Position numbers and translations under genes: made by a program
Notes under the pieces: model-generated
Told to the model about the DNA's origin: nothing
The model's input: the letters and a program-made list of their open reading frames with translations, nothing else
Databases searched by the model: none
In this document: positions 1-8,878 of the stretch, in pieces
Position numbering within the stretch: position 1 is the first letter of the stretch
How the letters are laid out: the number at the start of each line of letters is the position of its first letter
Assembly (NCBI GenBank): GCA_017515635.1
Contig: JAFWFO010000001.1
Coordinates: 1,162-65,161 of the forward strand
Length of the DNA: 64,000 nucleotides
Direction: 5' to 3'
Source of the DNA: Selenomonadaceae bacterium
GTDB taxonomy: Bacteria; Bacillota; Negativicutes; Selenomonadales; Selenomonadaceae

Positions 1-494
1 TGATTTTGGTAGACGCATTTCAAGATATTTCGCCGCCGTTTCAGATGAGTTCGCTGGAATTTTTTTCGCTGGTGAAAAATCATTTGAACGCGGGCGGAAT
101 TATGGTTGTGAATATGAACATGCGGGCGAGTGGCGCGGGCAACATCAACGAATATTTGACGGACACGATCGGAAAAGTTTTCCCCGCGATGAAAATTGTC
201 GACGCTTCAAACTTCACAAACAAAATTTTATTCGCGGCGGACGACGAAAAATTTTTTGAGCCGTTAAAAAGTCGTGCCGAAAAAATTCCCGACGCAAAAC
301 TTTCGGCATTGATGATTCGCACGGCGAACGAGTGGAAAATTCCGACACGCGGCGAAAATATTTTGACGGACGACCGCGCTCCCGTCGAAATGTTGAGTAT
401 GCGGGCTTTGGACAATTTAATTCAGCTGAACTTGCAATATTACAAAGAAATTTATCGCCGCGAAGGTCTTGACGGCATTTTGAACAGTTTCTGA
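1..494 (+). CDS. spermidine-synthase-like methyltransferase-fold protein, C-terminal part (5' end outside window)
   Basis: The ORF is open to the window edge. VDAFQD..PF..EFF..VK..L..GG.MVVN and LTDDRAPVE resemble the C-terminal half of SpeE-like or fused MFS/spermidine-synthase proteins. Confidence 0.6.
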   Translation, partial: ILVDAFQDISPPFQMSSLEFFSLVKNHLNAGGIMVVNMNMRASGAGNINEYLTDTIGKVFPAMKIVDASNFTNKILFAADDEKFFEPLKSRAEKIPDAKLSALMIRTANEWKIPTRGENILTDDRAPVEMLSMRALDNLIQLNLQYYKEIYRREGLDGILNSF

Positions 495-592
495 ATCGCG
501 GTGGAGTTTCGTCTGGAAAAAACTTTTTTGCGGCTTGTGTTTTCATGCTAAATTCAATTATAATTAACGGCAAACAGGAGGGAGGCGGCATT

Positions 593-2074
593 TTGATAAA
601 AAAACTCAGCGAACTTGCGTTGCTCATCCCCGAAGCGAAAATTTTGGGCAACGACGTTGAAATTTCCGGTATTGAACACGATTCACGCAAGGTTACGGCG
701 AAAAATCTTTTCGTGTGCATGGAAGGCGCGCACGTTGACGGACATAATTTTATCCCGCAGGCAGTTGACGGAGGTGCGGTCGCAGTTCTCACGGCGCGAC
801 AAAATTTCACGCCGCCCGAAAATATTTCCGCGCTGGTTGTCCCCGACATGCTCAATGCGCTTGCGGTTATCGTCCCGTATTTTTACGATTATCCTGCGCG
901 GGCAATGCGAGTTGTCGGCGTCACCGGCACGAACGGCAAAACCACGACGACTTACATGTTGCGCGAAATTTTTTCGACTGCGGGACTTAAAGTCGGCGTA
1001 ATCGGCACGATTCAAATTTTGATTGGCGACGAAAGTTTTCCGAATCCGAACACTACGCCGAACGTCATCGACTTGCAACACGTTTTCGCGGACATGCGGG
1101 CGAAAAATGTTCAAGTTGTCGTCATGGAAGTTTCAAGCCACGCGCTTGCCGAAAATCGCGTTGCGGGCGTCGAATTCGATACGGCGATTTTCACGAACTT
1201 GACGCAAGATCATTTGGATTTTCATGGCACGATGGAAAATTATTTGCGGGCGAAGGCAAAACTTTTCGACATGGTTTCGCGCAAAGGTCGCAAGCAAAAT
1301 AAATCGGCGATTGTCAACGTCGACGACGCGGCGGGCGAAGAAATTTTACGTCATTGCCACTGCAACAAAATTTCTTACGGCGTCGAAAATTCGGCGGACT
1401 TGCACGCGGTTGACGTGAATGTTAAATCGGATGGCATGAAATTCAAAATCCGCGCAGATTTCGGCGTCATGAATTTGACTTTGCACGTGACGGGAATTTT
1501 CAACGTCTATAACGTGCTTGCGACAATCGGGGCGGCTCTTGCGGAAAATATTTCGCCCGAAATTATCAAGCGTGCCTTGGAAAATTTCCGTTGCGTGCCG
1601 GGACGTTTCGAGCGGATTTTTTCATCTGCACCGTTTGAAGTTATCGTCGACTACGCGCACACTCCCGACGGCGTCAAAAATGTTTTGGAGACAGCGCGGC
1701 AAATCGTCACGGGAAAAATTATTACGGTTTTCGGTTGCGGCGGAGATCGCGACAACAAAAAGCGTCCGATTATGGGCAAACTTGCGGCGGAACTTTCCGA
1801 CGTTGTGATTGCCACTTCCGACAATCCGCGCACCGAAAATCCCGAAAAAATTCTTGACGACATCGAAATCGGTATCCGCGAAGTTATCGGCGAAAAAATT
1901 TACGAACGAATTGCCGACAGACGTACCGCGATTTTCCGTGCGATTGAGCTGGCGAATTCCGGCGACGTGGTTTTGATTCTCGGCAAAGGTCACGAAGATT
2001 ATCAGATACTCAACACGGGCAAGATTCACTTTGACGACAGAGAAGTTGCTCGCGAAGCAATAGATAAGCTTTGA
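593..2074 (+). CDS. murE: UDP-N-acetylmuramoyl-L-alanyl-D-glutamate--2,6-diaminopimelate ligase
   Basis: Mur ligase P-loop GVTGTNGKTTT. A DNPR motif (SDNPRTE) is typical of meso-DAP-adding MurE. The start is placed at in-frame TTG 593, 8 nt after AGGAGGGAGG; the ORF-track ATG is at 545. Confidence 0.93.
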   Translation: MIKKLSELALLIPEAKILGNDVEISGIEHDSRKVTAKNLFVCMEGAHVDGHNFIPQAVDGGAVAVLTARQNFTPPENISALVVPDMLNALAVIVPYFYDYPARAMRVVGVTGTNGKTTTTYMLREIFSTAGLKVGVIGTIQILIGDESFPNPNTTPNVIDLQHVFADMRAKNVQVVVMEVSSHALAENRVAGVEFDTAIFTNLTQDHLDFHGTMENYLRAKAKLFDMVSRKGRKQNKSAIVNVDDAAGEEILRHCHCNKISYGVENSADLHAVDVNVKSDGMKFKIRADFGVMNLTLHVTGIFNVYNVLATIGAALAENISPEIIKRALENFRCVPGRFERIFSSAPFEVIVDYAHTPDGVKNVLETARQIVTGKIITVFGCGGDRDNKKRPIMGKLAAELSDVVIATSDNPRTENPEKILDDIEIGIREVIGEKIYERIADRRTAIFRAIELANSGDVVLILGKGHEDYQILNTGKIHFDDREVAREAIDKL

Positions 2075-2147
2075 GCTTTAAGGGGTAACGAAAAATTTCC
2101 TTAAAGCTTAAAGCTCATAAGCTCATAAGCTCATAAGCTCAAAGCTA
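2064..2147 (+). repeat. AAGCTTT heptamer-repeat hairpin plus AAGCTCAT x3 between murE and murF
   Basis: The arms AAGCTTTGAGCTTTAAGG and CCTTAAAGCTTAAAGCT flank a 15-nt loop, followed by (CATAAGCT)x3. The murE TGA lies inside the left arm. Confidence 0.85.
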
Positions 2148-2167
2148 ACAAACGGAGGTTACCACCC

Positions 2168-3526
2168 ATGAATAAATTATCTTTGGCGGAAGTCGCCCAA
2201 GTCACGAACGCCGAAAAAAATTCCGACGCCGAAATTTTCTTCGAGGGCATTACAACCGACAGCAGAAAAATTACGGCGGGTGTTTTATTTGTCGCGCTCA
2301 AAGGCGAAAAATTCAACGGCGAAGATTTTGCCGCCGACGCGCTCACAAAAGGTGCCTCGGCAGTTCTCGTCAGCAAAACTTTCGACAAAAATCTTGACGG
2401 CGTTGTTTTGAAAGTCGACGACACTTTGACTGCTTATCGGCAAATTGCGGGCGCGTGGCGAAATCGTTTCGACGTTCCGATTATCGCGGTCACCGGCTCG
2501 AACGGCAAGACCACCACGAAAGATTTAACTGCCGCCGCGTTGACTTTGTTCGGGCACGTGCTCAAGACTTCGGCGAACTTCAACAACGAAGTCGGCGTCC
2601 CCATGACGTTGCTTGCTCTCGACGAAACTCACCGCGTCGGCGTCGTCGAAATCGGTATGCGCGGTCTCGGACAAATTGAAACGCTTGCCAAAGTCGTCAA
2701 GCCGACAATCGGCATCGTTACCAACGTCAACGAAACGCACATTGAATTGCTCGGCTCGATTGAAAATATCGCGAAGGCGAAAAGCGAACTCGTCAGAGCA
2801 ATTCCCGCAGGCGGCACGGTGATTTTGAACGCGGACGATCCGAACGTTTCGGCAATGAAAAATTTCGTCGCGGACGGCGTCAAAGTCATAACTTACGGGC
2901 TGGAAAATCCCGCCGATTTAACCGCCGGCGAAATTGTAATCGGCAGCGTGTCGACGGAATTTATTTTGCGATACAACGGTTACGAATACGACTTTGAAAT
3001 TCCCATGCTCGGTCGCCACAACGTTTCAAATGCTTTGGCGGCGATTGCGGCGGGAATTGCGCTCGGTTTGAGCGTCGACGAAACTCAGCAGGGAATTTCC
3101 ACGTTGATGACGACAAAAATGCGTTACGAAGTGATTCGGCGCGACGGCTTGACGATTGTCAACGACGCTTACAATGCAAGTCCCGCGTCAATGCGCGTGG
3201 CGATTCGCACGACTGCCGAAATTTACGACGGGCGCAAATTTGCGGTTTTGGGCGACATGTTGGAACTCGGCGAAATTTCAAAAAGAGTTCACCGCGAAGT
3301 TGGTGCGGAGCTGGTCGAAAATAAATTCGACACGTTGATAACGATTGGCGGGCTTGGAAAATTTATTGCCGACGGGGCACGTGATGCCGGCATGAAAAAT
3401 GTTTACGCCGTCGACAGCCACGACGAAGCCGCGCAGAAAATTTTGGAGCTTGTCGAGGAAGGCGACACGATTTTATTCAAGGCGTCGCACGCAATGCACA
3501 TGGAAAAAATTATTGAGCTGATTTAA
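2168..3526 (+). CDS. murF: UDP-N-acetylmuramoyl-tripeptide--D-alanyl-D-alanine ligase
   Basis: Mur ligase P-loop AVTGSNGKTTT, 452 aa, and synteny directly after murE. GGAGG RBS upstream. Confidence 0.93.
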   Translation: MNKLSLAEVAQVTNAEKNSDAEIFFEGITTDSRKITAGVLFVALKGEKFNGEDFAADALTKGASAVLVSKTFDKNLDGVVLKVDDTLTAYRQIAGAWRNRFDVPIIAVTGSNGKTTTKDLTAAALTLFGHVLKTSANFNNEVGVPMTLLALDETHRVGVVEIGMRGLGQIETLAKVVKPTIGIVTNVNETHIELLGSIENIAKAKSELVRAIPAGGTVILNADDPNVSAMKNFVADGVKVITYGLENPADLTAGEIVIGSVSTEFILRYNGYEYDFEIPMLGRHNVSNALAAIAAGIALGLSVDETQQGISTLMTTKMRYEVIRRDGLTIVNDAYNASPASMRVAIRTTAEIYDGRKFAVLGDMLELGEISKRVHREVGAELVENKFDTLITIGGLGKFIADGARDAGMKNVYAVDSHDEAAQKILELVEEGDTILFKASHAMHMEKIIELI

Positions 3527-3760
3527 ATGAGTAAGCTTGAAAAACTTCTGCAACGAATCCGAAACAATCCCAAAACCGTTCGATTTGAGGAGCTTGACAA
3601 AATTCTTACGCGCCAAGAATACGAACGGACGCAACCACGCGGCGGCTCAAGTCACTACGTCTATAAAAAGCCCGGCAACAGAACGCTGACCATTCCCCGA
3701 CAAACGCCGTATGTAAATGAGTGCTACGTCAGAGACGTTTTGGAAGCACTCGGTTTCTGA
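3527..3760 (+). CDS. hicA: HicA-family toxin (YcfA-like mRNA interferase)
   Basis: 77 aa. The pattern ..VRFEELDKIL....YERTQPRGGSSHYVYKKPG..TLTIPRQ.PYV....VRDVLEALGF fits the HicA fold pattern. It abuts a HicB-like gene. Confidence 0.75.
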   Translation: MSKLEKLLQRIRNNPKTVRFEELDKILTRQEYERTQPRGGSSHYVYKKPGNRTLTIPRQTPYVNECYVRDVLEALGF

Positions 3761-4174
3761 ATGCAAAGGAGACTCCCTTTTATGGAAAACTCAGAACTGG
3801 AAAAAAAATTGAGCTACTACATGTCGTTGCCGTATCAGATTGTGGTTACGCCTTCACCGGAGGGCGGTTATGCCGCAAAAATCCCCGACTTGCCCGGTTG
3901 CATAACGCAGAGCGAAAGTCGCGAAGAAATTATCGCAATGATTGAAGACGCGAAACTTTGTTGGCTTACGGCTGAACTTGAAGATGAAGACGACATCCCC
4001 GAACCGCCCGACCCGTATAAATTCGACGGACAGTTAAGGTTGCGTATTCCGCGTTCACTGCACAAGGAATTATCGCGGTGTGCGGCACGTGACGGAGTGA
4101 ATCTCAATCAGATGGCGATTTATCTTATCGCGGATGGTTTAAGCAAACGTTTTGCGACTGACGGGCAGGATTGA
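3761..4174 (+). CDS. hicB: HicB-family antitoxin (UPF0150 N-domain plus RHH C-domain)
   Basis: Y.I.V.P..EGGY.A.IPDLPGC.T.....EE.....EDA is the HicB N-domain signature. RIPRSLHKELSRCAARDGVNLNQMAIYLIA is an RHH-like tail. The start codon follows the hicA stop directly; ATG 3782 is an alternative start. Confidence 0.8.
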   Translation: MQRRLPFMENSELEKKLSYYMSLPYQIVVTPSPEGGYAAKIPDLPGCITQSESREEIIAMIEDAKLCWLTAELEDEDDIPEPPDPYKFDGQLRLRIPRSLHKELSRCAARDGVNLNQMAIYLIADGLSKRFATDGQD

Positions 4175-4203
4175 ACTATGAAAAAAATTTTAATTGCGGG
4201 CGA

Positions 4204-4300
4204 CCACTTTAAAAGCGACGGAACAGTTTACGCGCCGAAATTTTATTGCAACCGTGATTCGTCGCCGCGTATCAAACGTTTCGCAAAAATTATCAGGGAG
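4204..4300 (+). repeat. dispersed intergenic element, copy A (degenerate)
   Basis: CCACTTTAAAAGCGACGGAACAGTT is followed by ..ACGTTTCGCAAAAATT, as in copies B and C. It lies between hicB and mraY. Confidence 0.6.
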
Positions 4301-4308
4301 AATTTTTA

Positions 4309-5301
4309 ATGACAGACATTTTAATCGCGGGTGCAATCGCGGCGGGTGTTGTAATTTTGCTTGCGCCGATTTGCATTCCGATTTTGCACAAACTCAAATT
4401 CGGGCAGAGTATTCGCGAAGAAGGGCCGAAGTCTCACCAAAAGAAAAGCGGCACACCAACAATGGGCGGAATATTTTTAATCGCGGGCATTGTTGTCGCC
4501 ACGCTGATTCAAGCAGAGTGGAATGCCGAAATTTTTCTTGCGCTGTTTATACTGCTCGGACATTTCATTTTGGGATTTATCGACGATTATTTAAAAGTCG
4601 TCCGCAAACACAATCAGGGACTTTTGGCGCGTTACAAACTTGCGGGACAAATTTTAATCGCGATCGTTACGACGTTCGTCGCAAGCGAACTTTTGATTGA
4701 CTTCAACCCGACGATTTGGATTCCGATTGTCAACGCGAAAATTGATGCGGGCGTGCTGTATCTGCCGTTCATGTTTTTGGTTTTGGTCGGTGCGTCAAAT
4801 GCGGTGAACTTGACGGACGGGCTTGACGGTTTGGCTTCGGGTTGCATGGCGGTTGCGGCAAGTTGTTACGCGGTGATTTGCCTGTTGACGGGGCACGACG
4901 AACTTGCAATTTTCTGTGCGGCGACGGTCGGGGCGTGTATCGGCTTTTTGAAATTTAATTTTCACCCCGCGAAAGTTTTCATGGGCGATACGGGTTCGCT
5001 TGCACTCGGCGGCGCGTTTGCGGCTGTCGGCATTTTGACGCGCACAGAACTTTTGTTGGCGGTCGTTGGCTTCGTGTTCGTGTGCGAGGCGTTGTCGGTA
5101 ATTTTGCAAGTCATTTCGTTTCAGACGACGGGCAAAAGAATTTTCCGCATGAGCCCGATACATCATCATTTTGAGCTGGGCGGCTGGTCGGAAGTCAAAG
5201 TCGTGTTTGTTTTCTGGACGGTCGGATTAATCGCGGGAATAATCGGGCTGACGTTGTTGAGTAACAATTCCGGAGCTGTTCAACTGGTTTTGGGCTTATA
5301 A
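4309..5301 (+). CDS. mraY: phospho-N-acetylmuramoyl-pentapeptide transferase
   Basis: 330 aa and polytopic, with the motifs PTMGG, NAVNLTDGLDGLA and MGDTGSLALGG. Confidence 0.95.
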   Translation: MTDILIAGAIAAGVVILLAPICIPILHKLKFGQSIREEGPKSHQKKSGTPTMGGIFLIAGIVVATLIQAEWNAEIFLALFILLGHFILGFIDDYLKVVRKHNQGLLARYKLAGQILIAIVTTFVASELLIDFNPTIWIPIVNAKIDAGVLYLPFMFLVLVGASNAVNLTDGLDGLASGCMAVAASCYAVICLLTGHDELAIFCAATVGACIGFLKFNFHPAKVFMGDTGSLALGGAFAAVGILTRTELLLAVVGFVFVCEALSVILQVISFQTTGKRIFRMSPIHHHFELGGWSEVKVVFVFWTVGLIAGIIGLTLLSNNSGAVQLVLGL

Positions 5302-5322
5302 AAATTTTTTGGAGTGACTCAA

Positions 5323-6684
5323 ATGGATTTGGAGAATAAAAAAGTTTTGGTTATCGGCGCGGCACGTAGCGGCATTGCGGCGGCGAAGGTTGCAAAAAAA
5401 TTCGGCGCACTCGTTATCTTGAGCGACGCCAAACTTGAGAGCGAAATTAATTTTGATTTTGACGAACTGCGCGGGCTTGGAATTGATTTGAGTTTCGGCA
5501 AGCAGACCGACGAACTTTTGAGCGGCGTGGATTTGATAATTGTTTCGCCCGCCGTCCCGATAAAAATTCCGTTGCTCAAAAGCGCGGCGGCAAAGAATAT
5601 TCCGATTATCAGCGAAGTCGAATTGGCTTACTCTTTGGCGAAGTCTCCGATTTGCGCGGTGACCGGCACCAACGGCAAAACCACGACGGTTACATTACTC
5701 GGTCTGTTGCTGAAAGAAAAATTTTCCAAAGTCGGCGTCGGCGGAAATATCGGCGTCCCGTTGAGCGAAGTTGCTTTGGAAGTCGGCGCGGGCGGTTGCA
5801 TTGCCGCTGAAATTTCCAGTTACCAAATGGAGGCGACGAAAAATTTTAAACCGCACGTCTCGGCGATTTTGAACGTCACGCCCGATCATTTGAAACGTCA
5901 TGGCTCAATGGAAGTTTATCAGGCGATGAAGGAAAAAATTTTCGCGCAGGAAACCACTGAAGATTTTCTGGTTTTGAATTACGACGACGAAAAAGTCCGC
6001 GAAATGATTGACCGCGCAGGTTGTCGCGTGCTTTACTTCAGCCGCAAAGTTAAACTTTTTGAAGGGGCGTTCGTCAAAAATAATCGGCTCGTCATCAAAT
6101 TCAACGGCGAAACTCACGAACTCTGCACGGTCGACGAACTCGGCATTAAAGGTTGGCATAACGTCGAAAATGCATTGGCGGCGGCATTGACGGCGTTTCT
6201 TGCGGGCGTCGACGCGGAAAAAATTTCCAACGTGCTGAAAACTTTTCAAGGCGTGGAACATCGAATTGAATTCGTGCGCGAAATTGACGGCGTGAAATAT
6301 TACAACGACTCGAAGGCGACAAACACCGATTCGGCGATTAAAGCTCTCGAAACTTTTGCGGGGCACATAATTTTGATTGCGGGCGGCGACGACAAGGGCA
6401 CTGACTTAACAGATTTTCTGCGGCTCGTCAATGAACGCGTCGATTATTTGATTCTCGTCGGTGACGCGGCGAAACGTTTCAAAACCTGCGCGCTTGCCGA
6501 AAATTTCCCTGCCGAAAAAATTTTGGAAGCGGGCTACTCCATGCAACGCGCCGTTGAACTTGCCAAAGAAATTGCTCGTCCGCCGCAAGTTGTATTGCTC
6601 AGTCCCGCCTGCGCAAGTTTCGACATGTACAGCGATTTTGAGGAACGCGGGCGAGATTTCAAGAAGATAGCTTTTGAGCTTTGA
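5323..6684 (+). CDS. murD: UDP-N-acetylmuramoylalanine--D-glutamate ligase
   Basis: N-terminal Rossmann motif VIGAARSG, Mur ligase P-loop AVTGTNGKTTT, and dcw synteny. ATG 5323 lies behind GGAG; the track start is GTG 5314. Confidence 0.93.
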   Translation: MDLENKKVLVIGAARSGIAAAKVAKKFGALVILSDAKLESEINFDFDELRGLGIDLSFGKQTDELLSGVDLIIVSPAVPIKIPLLKSAAAKNIPIISEVELAYSLAKSPICAVTGTNGKTTTVTLLGLLLKEKFSKVGVGGNIGVPLSEVALEVGAGGCIAAEISSYQMEATKNFKPHVSAILNVTPDHLKRHGSMEVYQAMKEKIFAQETTEDFLVLNYDDEKVREMIDRAGCRVLYFSRKVKLFEGAFVKNNRLVIKFNGETHELCTVDELGIKGWHNVENALAAALTAFLAGVDAEKISNVLKTFQGVEHRIEFVREIDGVKYYNDSKATNTDSAIKALETFAGHIILIAGGDDKGTDLTDFLRLVNERVDYLILVGDAAKRFKTCALAENFPAEKILEAGYSMQRAVELAKEIARPPQVVLLSPACASFDMYSDFEERGRDFKKIAFEL

Positions 6685-6703
6685 GCTTTAAGCTTTAAGG
6701 GGG
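6668..6703 (+). repeat. AAGCTTT heptamer repeat, left arm of the inverted repeat enclosing the four-helix-bundle gene
   Basis: GAGCTTTGAGCTTTAAGCTTTAAGG. Its reverse complement matches 7069-7093 at 23 of 25 positions. The murD TGA lies inside it. Confidence 0.85.
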
Positions 6704-6716
6704 AACCGGCTTCATT

Positions 6717-7088
6717 ATGGTTGCTAAAGACCACAAAGATTTAATCGTTTGGCAAAAGTCCATGGACTTGCTCGTCGAAGTTTATCGGCTCGTCAAGAAA
6801 TTGCCGCGTGAAGAAACTTACGCGCTTTCAGACCAAATGCGGCGGGCAGCTGTCTCCATTCCGTCGAACATTGCGGAAGGGCGCGGGCGTTCCTCCGAAA
6901 AAGATTACATCCGCTTTTTGTTCATTTCGCGGGGGTCGCGTGCTGAACTTGATACGCAACTTTTGGCGTGTATTCGGCTCGGCTATCTCGACGAATCCGA
7001 CGTTGAAAACGCTCTAAATTTATCTTCTGAAATCAGTAGCATGTTGAATTCCATGATTTACAAATTATCCTTAAAGCTTAAAGCTTAA
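6717..7088 (+). CDS. four-helix-bundle protein of the 23S rRNA intervening-sequence (S23p-like) family
   Basis: 123 aa. L.VWQKS.DL...VY.L.KKLP.EE.Y.L.DQ.RRAAVSIPSNIAEG.GR.S.KD...FL.I.RGS..EL.TQL matches the TIGR02436/PF05635 signature from memory. Confidence 0.8.
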   Translation: MVAKDHKDLIVWQKSMDLLVEVYRLVKKLPREETYALSDQMRRAAVSIPSNIAEGRGRSSEKDYIRFLFISRGSRAELDTQLLACIRLGYLDESDVENALNLSSEISSMLNSMIYKLSLKLKA

Positions 7089-7100
7089 AGCTTAAAGCTT
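7066..7100 (+). repeat. AAAGCTT heptamer repeat (x4), right arm of the inverted repeat
   Basis: CCTTAAAGCTTAAAGCTTAAAGCTTAAAGCTT. The TAA stop of the enclosed ORF lies inside it. Confidence 0.85.
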
Positions 7101-7123
7101 CGACAACGAGGCAAAAATAACAG

Positions 7124-8218
7124 ATGAGACTAATAGTATCGGGCGGCGGCACGGGCGGACACATTTACCCCGCGCTCACGCTCATTGACGCAATTAAAAC
7201 GAAACGCCCCGACGCAGAATTTTTATACGTCGGCACGAAAAAAGGTCTTGAGGCGGACATTGTCCCAAAGGCTGGAATAAATTTCACCGCGCTCAATCTC
7301 GAAGGCGGGCTGGAACGTCGATTCACTTTGGCGAACATTTCACGTGCCGCCAACGCGATTTGGAGTATCAAACACGCCTCGGACATTGTTCACGATTTCA
7401 AGCCGAATGTTGTTGTCGGCACGGGCGGTTATGTCTGCGGACCGATTCTGCTTGCCGCAAGCTTGATGAAAGTTCCCACGCTGATTCAGGAACAAAACGC
7501 CGTCGCGGGTGTCACGAATAAAATTTTGTCAAAGTTCGTGACGAAAATTGCTGTCGGGACTCATGACGCGCTGAAAAATTTCCCCGCAGAAAAAACCGTT
7601 TACACCGGCAACCCGATTCGTTCGGAAGTTCTTGCCGCGAAAAAATCCGACGGGCTTAAAGAATTCGGATTCACCGCCGACAAGCCGATTGTTTTAATTT
7701 CGGGCGGTTCTCGCGGCGCACGAAGCATTAATAACGCAATGATTGAAGTTTTAAAATCTGCCGCTCAAAAAAATTCCGCGCAGTTTCTTCACGTCACGGG
7801 CAAAGGCGAATTCGACGCCGTCACCGAAAAATTAACCGATGTACTCGACGCGCCGAATATAAAAGTAGTACCGTATCTTTACAACATGCCGCGTGCAATG
7901 GCGATGGCAGATTTGGCAATTTTCCGTGCGGGCGCGACGGGTTTGGCGGAATTGACGGCTCGCGGCGTCCCGTCGATTTTAATTCCGTATCCGTTCGCGG
8001 CGGAAAATCATCAGGAATTCAACGCACGGGCACTTGTCGAGGCAGGCGCGGCGCGAATGATTTTAAATAAAGACTTGACGGCAGAAATTTTATCGGCGAA
8101 AATTGACGAGTTATTGACTGCACCCGAAACGCTCAAAAAAATGTCCGAAGCAAGTTTGTCGCTCGGCAAACCGCACGCCGCCGACGAAATTGCAGAACTT
8201 ATTCTTGAGCTTATATAA
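7124..8218 (+). CDS. murG: undecaprenyldiphospho-muramoylpentapeptide beta-N-acetylglucosaminyltransferase
   Basis: N-terminal GGGTGGHIYPAL, GT28 architecture, and dcw synteny. Confidence 0.95.
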   Translation: MRLIVSGGGTGGHIYPALTLIDAIKTKRPDAEFLYVGTKKGLEADIVPKAGINFTALNLEGGLERRFTLANISRAANAIWSIKHASDIVHDFKPNVVVGTGGYVCGPILLAASLMKVPTLIQEQNAVAGVTNKILSKFVTKIAVGTHDALKNFPAEKTVYTGNPIRSEVLAAKKSDGLKEFGFTADKPIVLISGGSRGARSINNAMIEVLKSAAQKNSAQFLHVTGKGEFDAVTEKLTDVLDAPNIKVVPYLYNMPRAMAMADLAIFRAGATGLAELTARGVPSILIPYPFAAENHQEFNARALVEAGAARMILNKDLTAEILSAKIDELLTAPETLKKMSEASLSLGKPHAADEIAELILELI

Positions 8219-8244
8219 AAATTTTTTTACGGGGAGATTATGGC

Positions 8245-8520
8245 ATGGCCAACGAAGTGACTGTCGAGGTAAAGATTGACGCCGATTTGAAAGAGGCCGC
8301 CGAAAAAATTTTCACGCGGATGGATATGAGTTTTTCCGAGGCAATATCCGCTTTCGCCAAAGAAACAATCACGCAAAACCGCATGCCGTTTTACGTGAAG
8401 CCGAAAAGAAAATCCGCGTTCGGCTCGCTTGCAAAGTTCGCTAATCCAAAATGGGTCGGGCTTGAAGAAATCGCGTGGGAAAGGTTCGTGATCGAAAAGT
8501 ATGGCAAGGATATTAATTGA
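8245..8520 (+). CDS. RelB/DinJ-family antitoxin
   Basis: 91 aa. The N-terminus V.VKIDADLKEAAEKIF..MDMSFSEAISAF.KE.I.QNRMPF resembles the DinJ RHH domain. It overlaps the downstream PIN gene by 20 nt. Confidence 0.7.
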   Translation: MANEVTVEVKIDADLKEAAEKIFTRMDMSFSEAISAFAKETITQNRMPFYVKPKRKSAFGSLAKFANPKWVGLEEIAWERFVIEKYGKDIN

Positions 8521-8869
8521 CACAAACGTCGTGCTGCGTTACCTGTTGCGCGACCATCCGAAACAATCAATGCAGGCGAAAAAAGCTGTGGAAATCGGCG
8601 CGGTTGTTTTGCCCGAAGTTTTGGTTGAGACGGCGCACGCGTTGAAAAATGTTTATCGTGTCGACAGACAACACATCGCGGCGAATTTGATGACTTTGCT
8701 AAACGAAGTTGAAGTCGAACGAAAGCCGGTTATGGTTCACGCCGTGGAACTTTATGCCGACTCCCCCGATTTGGATTTTATGGACTGTATTATTTTGGCG
8801 TATTTCGACATTGAAAATATTCGCGTGTTTACCTTTGACCCGAAACTTAATCGCGTTCCGAAGTCTTGA
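8501..8869 (+). CDS. PIN-domain toxin (VapC-like ribonuclease)
   Basis: 122 aa. The N-terminal ILIDTNVVLRYL carries the first acidic residue, followed by E/D positions and a D.MDC motif typical of PIN domains. Confidence 0.7.
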   Translation: MARILIDTNVVLRYLLRDHPKQSMQAKKAVEIGAVVLPEVLVETAHALKNVYRVDRQHIAANLMTLLNEVEVERKPVMVHAVELYADSPDLDFMDCIILAYFDIENIRVFTFDPKLNRVPKS

Positions 8870-8878
8870 GGAGGTATT

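Noticed and set aside
214-855. A 213-aa minus-strand ORF overlapping the speE-like gene end and the murE start.
   Set aside because: It is antisense to well-supported genes. Its composition is rich in Ser/Arg/Cys and low in complexity, it has no RBS, and it is typical of a shadow ORF.
2099-2147. Short tandem repeats as a possible CRISPR array.
   Set aside because: The period is 7-8 nt with no spacers, the arrays are under 90 nt, and there are no cas genes. They are simple heptamer or octamer repeats.
4178-4309. A 43-codon ORF (MKKILIAGDHFKSDGTVYAPKF...) whose TAA overlaps the mraY ATG.
   Set aside because: It could be a coupled leader peptide. However, its middle is the degenerate copy of the dispersed repeat and it has no convincing RBS, so it is not reported as a gene.
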